Positions 1-6,342 of a stretch of 10,834 nucleotides of DNA are shown in pieces. The position numbers and the translations under genes are program-made. Below the pieces are notes generated by a model, which worked only from the letters and a program-made list of their open reading frames with translations, searched no databases and was not told where the DNA came from. Within the stretch, counting starts at the first letter, position 1; each line of letters starts with the position of its first letter. Source of the DNA: Thermovirgaceae bacterium (lineage in GTDB: Bacteria; Synergistota; Synergistia; Synergistales; Thermovirgaceae); assembly GCA_046542505.1 (NCBI GenBank), contig JBKHBH010000075.1, forward strand, positions 1-10,834, read 5' to 3'.

Positions 1-926
1 GCCTGGATATCCTTTCTCACGCCCCAGCCGTTCTCGGACAAGAGGCCGACCATGTACAAGTCTCCGGGCAATCCGCCTTCCGCGGCCTGTCGATACCAGT
101 AGTAGGCCTTGTCGAAACCTGCCGGGTCCACCTTTGCCTGCTCGAAATAATACGCGGCAAGATTGTGCTGGGAGTCCGGCTCTCCCCTGGCTGCCCCAAT
201 GAACCACCAGTTCAAGGCCTTCTGTTCGTCGCGACCGGGTCCATCCTCAAACCAATAGAGGCCGCCAAGGTAAAAGGGGGCCTCCTCGTGCCCTTGCATG
301 GCCGCTTTTTCGAACCATTGAGCCGCTTTTGCCCCGTCCTCCTGGACACCTTCACCGAATTCGTAACATTTGCCCGTTTCGAACTGCGCCTTCGGGTGTC
401 CCTGCGTTGCTGCCTTCTCGAACCAGTGAAAAGCCTTTTTCGGGTCCCTTGGCACGTCCTGGCCGGTCTTGTATTTCCAGCCAAGCCGATACTGCGTCTT
501 TCCCTGCACGGGTCCCAAAGACTCTTTTGCCTCGTTGCGCTCTTCCTCGCCGACGGAAATGAAACCAAGGGTTTTCTGGATCCCCTCGATGACGGCGCCG
601 AAGAAATCCTTATCGGCTTTGTTCCCTGTCTTGCGGGCCTCTTCATACAACCTGCGGGAAACCTTGAGCTGCCCTTCAAAGAAAATCCGCGCCGCTTCGC
701 TCGACAGGGCGGGGCAGGACGGTGCGAGGCGCAGGAAATCCTCTTCAGAAAACATGCCGTCACTCGTCCCCACGGTGATATCCATGAGCACTTCGCGCCA
801 ACAGCAGTTTTCATTACCCTTTCGAGGAATCTCCTGGAAAAGGACTTCTTCCAGCGGCCCGGCAGCAGCGCCCGTGGCAATTAGGAAGATGAGCACAACG
901 ACCAAAAGCTGCAGCAGTTTTCTCAC
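1..926 (-). CDS. Secreted Sel1-like repeat (SLR/TPR-family) protein; C-terminal part lies beyond the left window edge
   Basis: Manual translation of the minus frame from GTG at 926 is open to base 1. It begins with a signal peptide, MRKLLQLLVVVLIFLIATGAAA|GPLEE, followed by about 5 Sel1 repeats (TQYRLGWKYKTGQDVPRDPKKAFHWFEKAATQG; AQFETGKCYEFGEGVQEDGAKAAQWFEKAAMQG; APFYLGGLYWFEDGPGRDEQKALNWWFIGAARG; SQHNLAAYY...KAYYWYRQAAEGG; LYMVGLLSENGWGVRKD). Purine-rich AAAGGCAGG lies upstream. Confidence 0.92.
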   Translation of the reverse strand, partial: MRKLLQLLVVVLIFLIATGAAAGPLEEVLFQEIPRKGNENCCWREVLMDITVGTSDGMFSEEDFLRLAPSCPALSSEAARIFFEGQLKVSRRLYEEARKTGNKADKDFFGAVIEGIQKTLGFISVGEEERNEAKESLGPVQGKTQYRLGWKYKTGQDVPRDPKKAFHWFEKAATQGHPKAQFETGKCYEFGEGVQEDGAKAAQWFEKAAMQGHEEAPFYLGGLYWFEDGPGRDEQKALNWWFIGAARGEPDSQHNLAAYYFEQAKVDPAGFDKAYYWYRQAAEGGLPGDLYMVGLLSENGWGVRKDIQ

Positions 927-977
927 GGCACGCCTGCCTTTCGTGATGACAGGGGTCACTTCGGAGTAAAAGTCAGT

Positions 978-996
978 AAATCGAAGATCCGACCCC
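978..996 (+). repeat. Dispersed intergenic repeat, copy 1 (AAATCGAAGATCCGACCCC)
   Basis: Identical over 19 bp to 6216-6234. Forms an imperfect inverted repeat with GGGGTCACTTCG at 952-963. Confidence 0.75.
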
Positions 997-1010
997 CAGA
1001 GGTTTAGGGA

Positions 1011-1589
1011 TCAGTCGAAAAAGATATACAGCTCCATCTCCCGGAGATGGTCGTTGCTGTCGAGGACAAAGCGCACCAGCCACCATTCGCCATCGGAGTA
1101 CAGCATATCCTGTGGCCGTTTGACCGATTTGCCCAACAGGTTTTCGATCTCACCGGCCGCTTGCCCCACTTCAAGTTCTTCGACGCCAGCTTCGGCAGGA
1201 TCTCCCTCGAAGGCGCTAAACACCTCCCTGTCCGGGAAGACGAAAAAAGAGACCCGGCACGCTGGAAAATCAAGGACTACTTCTTCAAAGGTGTAATCAG
1301 GATCATGGATGCTCTGGTGTTCCGTAGCTCTCCGCTCTTTCGGCTCACCGAGCATGTCCTCCGTGGCCGCCCTGTCGGAAAAACGTTTTTGCACGGGTTC
1401 CACAATCATCCTGGAAACCTTTTCCAGCGTCTCGGGATTCATCCGCACCGCCACATCACTGAGGTTCAGCGGTTCACTTTGCTGTGCGGCGGCCGGGAGC
1501 GCCATGGCGGAGAAAACAAGAACGACGACTGTGACAGCCAGGGTCTGGATTCTCCTGCGGCCGTGCTTTTTCTCCCGTATTCTTTTCAC
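1011..1589 (-). CDS. Secreted hypothetical protein (~192 aa)
   Basis: Lies within ORF 1011..1706. The likely start is GTG at 1589, after AAGGAAGG and an extended -10. The N-terminus has a basic n-region, a hydrophobic h-region (LAVTVVVLVFSAMAL) and an AAA|Q cleavage site; the mature part is acidic. Confidence 0.78.
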   Translation of the reverse strand: MKRIREKKHGRRRIQTLAVTVVVLVFSAMALPAAAQQSEPLNLSDVAVRMNPETLEKVSRMIVEPVQKRFSDRAATEDMLGEPKERRATEHQSIHDPDYTFEEVVLDFPACRVSFFVFPDREVFSAFEGDPAEAGVEELEVGQAAGEIENLLGKSVKRPQDMLYSDGEWWLVRFVLDSNDHLREMELYIFFD

Positions 1590-1626
1590 TGCGCAACACC
1601 GACCTTCCTTTTTTGCTCTTCCTTTT

Positions 1627-1635
1627 ATTATACCA
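1627..1635 (-). promoter_or_regulatory. Extended -10 promoter element TGGTATAAT for the secreted hypothetical gene
   Basis: Perfect TGnTATAAT on the minus strand, about 38 nt upstream of the GTG at 1589. Confidence 0.6.
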
Positions 1636-1706
1636 GTGCGCGGTCGCAGGACCGACGGGGATGGTTGTTTTAGCCGAGTCATCCTGCCCGGTGTCGGAAA
1701 ACCCAA

Positions 1707-1725
1707 AAAGTAAAGACTTGACCCC
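1707..1725 (+). repeat. Dispersed intergenic repeat, diverged copy 2 (AAAGTAAAGACTTGACCCC)
   Basis: 13/19 identity to copies 1 and 3. It is preceded by GGAAAACCC, similar to GGGAAAATCCCC before copy 3, and lies 11 nt past the amidohydrolase stop. Confidence 0.5.
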
Positions 1726-1736
1726 AGGGGGGTTGG

Positions 1737-2918
1737 TTAATCCTGCCAGGTCATGGCAAAGCCGGCCAGGGCGGCGGTGCCGATCCACAGGACGTCCTCG
1801 TTGACGTCGAATTTCGGGTGGTGATGGGGGTAATCCGTTCCGTCGTCAAAGGATGACGGGTGGAAAAAGAATGTCCCCGGCACCTTCTCCAGGAAGAACG
1901 CCATGTCCTCGCTGCCCATGGTCGGCTCGGGGACTTCTGTAACGGCGTCTTCTCCCAGGAGTCGGACCGCCACATTCCGGAGCGTTTCCGTCATTTCCCG
2001 GTCATTGACCACCGGCGGTGGACCCAAGGTAAACCTGACATCGGCCCGGCCGCGAAGCCCCGATGCCACGCTCTCGCAAATGTCCCTGACGCGTTCGCGC
2101 GCCATCTTGCGCATGTCGGGGTCCAGGGTCCTGATCGTCCCGTTGATGGTACACGTCGGCGCAATGATGTTAGGGGCGGTCCCGCCCTGGATTTTGCCGA
2201 CGGTAACCACCGCAGCGTCGAAGGGGTTCGTCTCCCGGCTCACTATCATCTGGATGGCGGAAACAGCCTGGCAGGCCATCACGACCGGGTCCACCGTCAG
2301 GTGAGGTGTGGCGCCATGCCCCCCCTTCCCCTCGAAGGTGACGGAAAACCAGTCATTGGAGGCCATGAAGGCGCCGTATCTGTAGCCGATCATGCCCGAG
2401 GTCAGGCCTTTCCAGAGGTTCCCCGTGTGCAGACCGATGATGCCGTCCAGGGGCGGGTCCTCAAGGACCCCGTCTTCGATCATCGCCGGGGCGCCTTCAC
2501 CCGTCTCCTCGGAAGGCTGGAAGACAAGCTTGACGGATCCCTTCAACTCCTCGATGTTCTCCATGAGAATCTGCGCGGCACCCAGGAGCATGGCCACGTG
2601 GGCGTCGTGGCCGCAGGCATGCATGTAGTCGTTCCCCGAGGCGAAGGGAAGACCCGTTTCTTCTTTCATATTGAGGGCATCCATGTCGGCCCGGATTCCC
2701 AAGACCTTGCCCTGTTTCTTCCCCTTGATGAGAGCCGTTACACCGTTTTTCCCCACACCGGTCCGGATATCCCTGATCCCTGTCTCCTTGAGCCTGTCCA
2801 CGATAAAGGAGGCCGTCCGGGGCGTTTCCAGCCCTATTTCGGGGTTCTGGTGGATTTGTCTTCTCCATTCGACGATCCTGTCGTTTAAGGCCCGAGCCCT
2901 TTCTTTCACGCTGGTCAT
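1737..2918 (-). CDS. M20D-family amidohydrolase (Acy1/hippurate hydrolase-like metallopeptidase), ~393 aa
   Basis: Motifs RRQIHQNPEIG, IRADMDAL, MHACGHDAH, FQPSEE, GGHGA, MGSEDM, HHHPKFD. ATG at 2918 is preceded by AAGGAGG (2930-2936); the ORF track extends to 2966. Confidence 0.95.
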   Translation of the reverse strand: MTSVKERARALNDRIVEWRRQIHQNPEIGLETPRTASFIVDRLKETGIRDIRTGVGKNGVTALIKGKKQGKVLGIRADMDALNMKEETGLPFASGNDYMHACGHDAHVAMLLGAAQILMENIEELKGSVKLVFQPSEETGEGAPAMIEDGVLEDPPLDGIIGLHTGNLWKGLTSGMIGYRYGAFMASNDWFSVTFEGKGGHGATPHLTVDPVVMACQAVSAIQMIVSRETNPFDAAVVTVGKIQGGTAPNIIAPTCTINGTIRTLDPDMRKMARERVRDICESVASGLRGRADVRFTLGPPPVVNDREMTETLRNVAVRLLGEDAVTEVPEPTMGSEDMAFFLEKVPGTFFFHPSSFDDGTDYPHHHPKFDVNEDVLWIGTAALAGFAMTWQD

Positions 2919-3011
2919 TGACCGTAACGCCTCCTTGTTAAGGTTTTGATGACGCGATAATAGCATGAAAGGAGAAAAATGATCCTGCTCAGGTTTCCCG
3001 GCTGCGCCTTT

Positions 3012-3043
3012 ATTGAAAATGAATATCTATATCGTGTTACAAT
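3012..3043 (+). promoter_or_regulatory. Putative promoter (TTGAAA ... extended -10 TGtTACAAT) overlapped by a Fur-family-like box
   Basis: TGAAAAT-G-AATATCT (3014-3028) matches 11/14 positions of the 7-1-7 Fur consensus TGATAATnATTATCA. TGnTACAAT is at 3035-3043. Confidence 0.55.
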
Positions 3044-3142
3044 GTTCCCGGTTTTTTCGGACCTCTAAAGATTCTTATCCCTAAGTTTTTAAAAGGCTTT
3101 TTCATATAATTTCTATACCAATTAAGGGAGTTGGTGTTGATC

Positions 3143-4507
3143 ATGGAAAAACAGGAAGGAGCCCTCAAATCCGCCTATGACGCTGTCATCATCGGCAAGA
3201 GCGCGGGAGGTTTGACAGCGGCCACCGCTGCGAAGCGTATGTACCCCGACAAAGACATTCTGGTGATCGACAAGGAAGAAGTCTCGATGATCCCCTGCGG
3301 AATCCCCTACATTTTCGGCACCCTCGAGAGCATCGATGACAACAGGCTCCCGGCGGAAAAGGCCCTCGAGGCTTCCGGAATCAACCTTCTTGTTGACGAG
3401 GTCACGGAGATCGGGCTGGACTGCAAGACCATTTTCACCAAAAGCGGCAAGGCCATCAAGTTCGGGAAACTCCTTCTGGCCACGGGCTCGAGGCCTGTCC
3501 TCCCCAAGGTTCCCGGATGCCACCTTGAAAACGTCCTGACCGTTCCGAAGACCTACGAGTACCTCAAGGATATGCGCTCCCGCCTCAAGGATGTTCAGGA
3601 CGTGGTCATCGTCGGCGCGGGGTTCATCGCTTTGGAAGTAGCCGACGAGATTAACAAGCTGGGAAAAAACGTGACCGTCCTCTACCGGAGTCGCATACTG
3701 CGCAAAAGCTTCGACCCTGATTTCGGTGACATGGCCCAGGAAGCCCTCGAAAAGGCCGGCGTCAAAATGGTACACGACAAGCTGCTGGGACTGGAGGGCG
3801 AGGGCAGGATCACCGGTGTCGACCTTGAAAAATCCGGAAAGATCAAGGCCGACATGGTCATCTTTTCCATCGGCTACCGCCCCAATGATGACCTGGCCGC
3901 CAAGGCCGGGATCGACACGGGCAAAAACGGCATCCGGACCGACGAGTATATGCGCACATCCCACCCGGACGTGCTCGCCATCGGGGACTGCGCCGAGCCT
4001 CATGATTTTTTCACAGGCAAACCGAGCGGCCAGATGCTGGCTTCCACGGCGACCTTCGAAGGGCGCGTCGCCGGGGCGAACCTCTTCAATATCAAACTCG
4101 TGAAGGAGAGCAAGCGGAACATCGGGATCTACTCCACGGACATCGCCGGACTGGCCCTCGGTGTGGCAGGCCTCACCGAGACCGCGGCCTCCGAAGAAGG
4201 TTTCGAGATCGTCACTGGGATGGCCGACGGTGTCGACAGGCACCCCGGAAAGTTCGAAGACGTCTCCAACGTCAGGATCAAGCTGGTCTTCTCGAAAGAC
4301 CGGGGATCCATTCTTGGTGCCGAGCTCGCCGGGGGCAAGAGTGTCGGCGAGATGACCAACATTCTCGGTTTGGCCGTCCAGAAGCGCTTGACAGCCTCTG
4401 AGCTCTATGCCGTCCAGTTCGGAACACACCCGCACCTGACAGCATCTCCCGTGGGGTACCAGATCGTCAAGGCCGCAGAGGACGCACTGGCCAAGCTCAA
4501 AGACTGA
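3143..4507 (+). CDS. FAD-dependent pyridine nucleotide-disulfide oxidoreductase, CoA-disulfide reductase/NADH oxidase (single redox Cys) family
   Basis: FAD motif VIIGKSAGGLTAA, redox Cys in IPCGIPY, LLLATGS, NAD(P)H motif VIVGAGFIALE, TSHPDVLAIGDC, and C-terminal dimerisation region ILGAEL...QFGTHPHLT. The likely start is ATG 3143 after GGGAG/GGTG; the ORF opens at 3131. Confidence 0.93.
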   Translation: MEKQEGALKSAYDAVIIGKSAGGLTAATAAKRMYPDKDILVIDKEEVSMIPCGIPYIFGTLESIDDNRLPAEKALEASGINLLVDEVTEIGLDCKTIFTKSGKAIKFGKLLLATGSRPVLPKVPGCHLENVLTVPKTYEYLKDMRSRLKDVQDVVIVGAGFIALEVADEINKLGKNVTVLYRSRILRKSFDPDFGDMAQEALEKAGVKMVHDKLLGLEGEGRITGVDLEKSGKIKADMVIFSIGYRPNDDLAAKAGIDTGKNGIRTDEYMRTSHPDVLAIGDCAEPHDFFTGKPSGQMLASTATFEGRVAGANLFNIKLVKESKRNIGIYSTDIAGLALGVAGLTETAASEEGFEIVTGMADGVDRHPGKFEDVSNVRIKLVFSKDRGSILGAELAGGKSVGEMTNILGLAVQKRLTASELYAVQFGTHPHLTASPVGYQIVKAAEDALAKLKD

Positions 4508-4542
4508 TCGTTCACGGGTTCCCAAGAACTCTCCCTCAAGCG

Positions 4543-4584
4543 ACTGGAGGCCGCCCCGACCGGGATGGCCTCCAGTTTCACTTT
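4543..4584 (+). terminator. Rho-independent terminator between convergent genes
   Basis: Perfect 10-bp stem ACTGGAGGCC (4543-4552) / GGCCTCCAGT (4567-4576), with further inner pairing, followed by TTCACTTT. It lies about 35 nt after the oxidoreductase stop. Confidence 0.7.
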
Positions 4585-4672
4585 CCTCCGTCACTCCTCT
4601 GCGCACAGGGCAAGAGGGAGGATCTGCTTTTCCCTCAGCCGCACCAGACGCGCTACCGCCGCCTGGAACCGT

Positions 4673-5065
4673 TTATTTCCTTTCCTTCCCGATCCCCTCT
4701 TCCGGTATTTCCGTTTCCATTTTTTCCATGACGGATATCACTTCGTCGATGATCCGGCGTTCATTGCGGTAGTGCCTGAAAAAGCGCTGCAGGCACCGTT
4801 GCGCCGCTTGTGGCCCGTCCTGGAGCTTCTCGCAGGCGGCCATGCATTCTTCAATCCGCCTGACGGCCTCCTTGATGCGCCATTCCGTCAGGTCGCCGTC
4901 GTGGCGGATGGCATCCTGAGGACAGAATTCGTGACACTCACCGCAACGGATGCAGGCATCCATGTCAATGACGGCTACTCCGCCGTAAAGGGATATGGCG
5001 TTTCCCGGACAGGATTCGACGCAGATTCCACAGCCGGTACAGCGGCTTTCATCGACCCATGGCAC
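4673..5065 (-). CDS. 2x[4Fe-4S] dicluster ferredoxin-like protein with a C-terminal helical extension
   Basis: CTGCGICVESCP and CIRCGECHEFCP motifs. The likely start is GTG 5065 (MPWVDES), with GGAGGT 7 nt upstream. The ~70 aa charged helical tail carries 3 extra Cys. Confidence 0.88.
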   Translation of the reverse strand: MPWVDESRCTGCGICVESCPGNAISLYGGVAVIDMDACIRCGECHEFCPQDAIRHDGDLTEWRIKEAVRRIEECMAACEKLQDGPQAAQRCLQRFFRHYRNERRIIDEVISVMEKMETEIPEEGIGKERK

Positions 5066-5381
5066 GACCGCCACCTCCCCCGCGACCCCGGCCTTTGCCG
5101 CGGCCTAATCCTCCGCCTCGTCCCATCCCCCGGCCCATTCCAGGTCCTGGGGCGGGATCGGGAACCGCTCCCGGCATCCGCCTGAAACGGCCCGCCAGTT
5201 CCGGATTTTCGGCGTTGGGCCGTATCGCTTCCTGCGGGCAGGCGGTAAGGCATCTGCCGCAGTTGATACACCGGTTCTGGATAATTTCGGCCTTTCCCGT
5301 ACTCATGTCGATGGCGTCAACGGGACAGGAATTTACACACACTCCGCACCCCGCGCAAAGATCATTTCGTACCCACGGCAT
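5049..5381 (-). CDS. 2x[4Fe-4S] dicluster ferredoxin-like protein with a Gly/Arg-rich C-terminal tail
   Basis: CAGCGVCVNSCP and CINCGRCLTACP motifs. ATG 5381 (MPWVRND) has GGGAG 8 nt upstream. Tail is GPGMGRGMGRGGGLGRGKGRGRGGGGGRAMGR. Overlaps the next gene by 17 nt. Confidence 0.88.
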   Translation of the reverse strand: MPWVRNDLCAGCGVCVNSCPVDAIDMSTGKAEIIQNRCINCGRCLTACPQEAIRPNAENPELAGRFRRMPGAVPDPAPGPGMGRGMGRGGGLGRGKGRGRGGGGGRAMGR

Positions 5382-5436
5382 TTGAACCACTCCCAGACTT
5401 CCTTTGAACCTGCCGGCACGTCGTATCTGCAGGTTT

Positions 5437-5490
5437 ATTGATAACAGGTATCATTATAATGATTTTACGACTCCTCTGGTGCTTTGTCAA
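5437..5490 (-). promoter_or_regulatory. Sigma70-type promoter of the ferredoxin pair with downstream operator(s)
   Basis: -35 TTGACA (5485-5490), 17-bp spacer, -10 TAAAAT (5462-5467). A perfect palindrome ATCATTATAATGAT is at 5450-5463, and a Fur-like TGATAAC-A-GGTATCA at 5439-5453. Confidence 0.72.
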
Positions 5491-5533
5491 CAAATACCTT
5501 AAGGGGTATATGGGGCGGGTGTTGTCTTTTTCC

Positions 5534-6112
5534 TCAGAAGGCGGTCCCGTTTTTTCTCTTCGAAGCCGTGACCTGCACCCGCCGGCCTGCTTTTATCATC
5601 TTTGTGACGGAAAGCCCCGCCCCGGCCAGAAGACCTCCGATCTCTTCAGGGGCGATGCCATGGCGGGGCGACGTGGGTTCCAGCAGGCTCATCCTCCCGC
5701 CGGGCTTCAATAATTCCGCTAGGCCTTCGATGATTCCGGCACGATCCGGCGCCTTAATATCGTGCAACACGTGAATCATGCTGACGAGATCGAAGGTCGC
5801 CGGTTCAAAGGGTGCGTTCAGGGCGTCACCGTGGACAATCTCCACGTTTTGAAAATGAGCCAGCCTCTTTTTCGCCTTCTCTACCATGTACCGGGAACTG
5901 TCCAGACCAACGGCGGTACCGCACTGTTCCAGGGCCAGGGCAAAATACCCGAGGCAAACGCCGTTTCCGCAGCCGTAGTCCATGACACGCTCGCCTCCCG
6001 AAAGATCCAGGCTTTCCACGTACGGACGGTAGACCCTGGGCCCCAGGATAAAGGGCTTGATGTACTCCATTTCGAGACGGAAGAAAAAGGAAGGTTTTTC
6101 GAAATCGGTCAT
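5534..6112 (-). CDS. Class I SAM-dependent methyltransferase (UbiE/Methyltransf_11/25-like), 192 aa
   Basis: Motif I VMDYGCGNG, post-I VGLDSS, IVHGDA, motif II FDLV, motif III LLKPGG. GAGGAG ribosome-binding site at 6120-6125. Confidence 0.92.
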   Translation of the reverse strand: MTDFEKPSFFFRLEMEYIKPFILGPRVYRPYVESLDLSGGERVMDYGCGNGVCLGYFALALEQCGTAVGLDSSRYMVEKAKKRLAHFQNVEIVHGDALNAPFEPATFDLVSMIHVLHDIKAPDRAGIIEGLAELLKPGGRMSLLEPTSPRHGIAPEEIGGLLAGAGLSVTKMIKAGRRVQVTASKRKNGTAF

Positions 6113-6136
6113 GTGGACACTCCTCGCACAAACAGT

Positions 6137-6157
6137 CGATAATTTTTCTCAATTATA
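6137..6157 (-). promoter_or_regulatory. -10 (TATAAT) of the methyltransferase gene, followed immediately by a Fur-family-like box
   Basis: TATAAT at 6152-6157 (minus). TGAGAAA-A-ATTATCG at 6137-6151 (minus) is an 11/14 match to the 7-1-7 Fur consensus. No good -35 is visible. Confidence 0.5.
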
Positions 6158-6215
6158 CAACCCGTGAACATGTTTGTGGTACGCAAGATCCATCATCTGG
6201 GACGGGAAAATCCCC

Positions 6216-6234
6216 AAATCGAAGATCCGACCCC
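6216..6234 (+). repeat. Dispersed intergenic repeat, copy 3 (AAATCGAAGATCCGACCCC)
   Basis: Identical to 978-996; both copies are followed shortly by CAGA. Confidence 0.75.
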
Positions 6235-6342
6235 ACCAGATTTCGGTTTTTTGCGAACAATTCCCAAAATTGTGCCGCTCCTGGGTTTTCTGATAATTTG
6301 AAACAGACAAAAAAAAGAACCGAAGGAAGTGGAGTGATTTTT

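Noticed and set aside
165..969. ORFs 165..884(+), 212..880(-) and 469..969(+)
   Set aside because: They are shadow or off-frame ORFs of the Sel1 gene, which has clear repeats in another minus frame.
1860..2888. 342-aa plus-strand ORF, and similar antisense ORFs at 1047..1673, 4565..5185, 8738..9733 and 10036..10623
   Set aside because: All are antisense to well-supported genes and show no protein-family features.
3122..4606. 494-aa antisense ORF spanning the flavoprotein gene
   Set aside because: It is an antisense shadow of a GC-rich, codon-biased gene, with no recognisable motifs or RBS.
952..6240. CRISPR array or integron attC interpretation of the repeats
   Set aside because: Spacing is irregular at the kilobase scale with whole genes in between; there are no cas genes or integrase, and no RYYYAAC...GTTRRRY structure.
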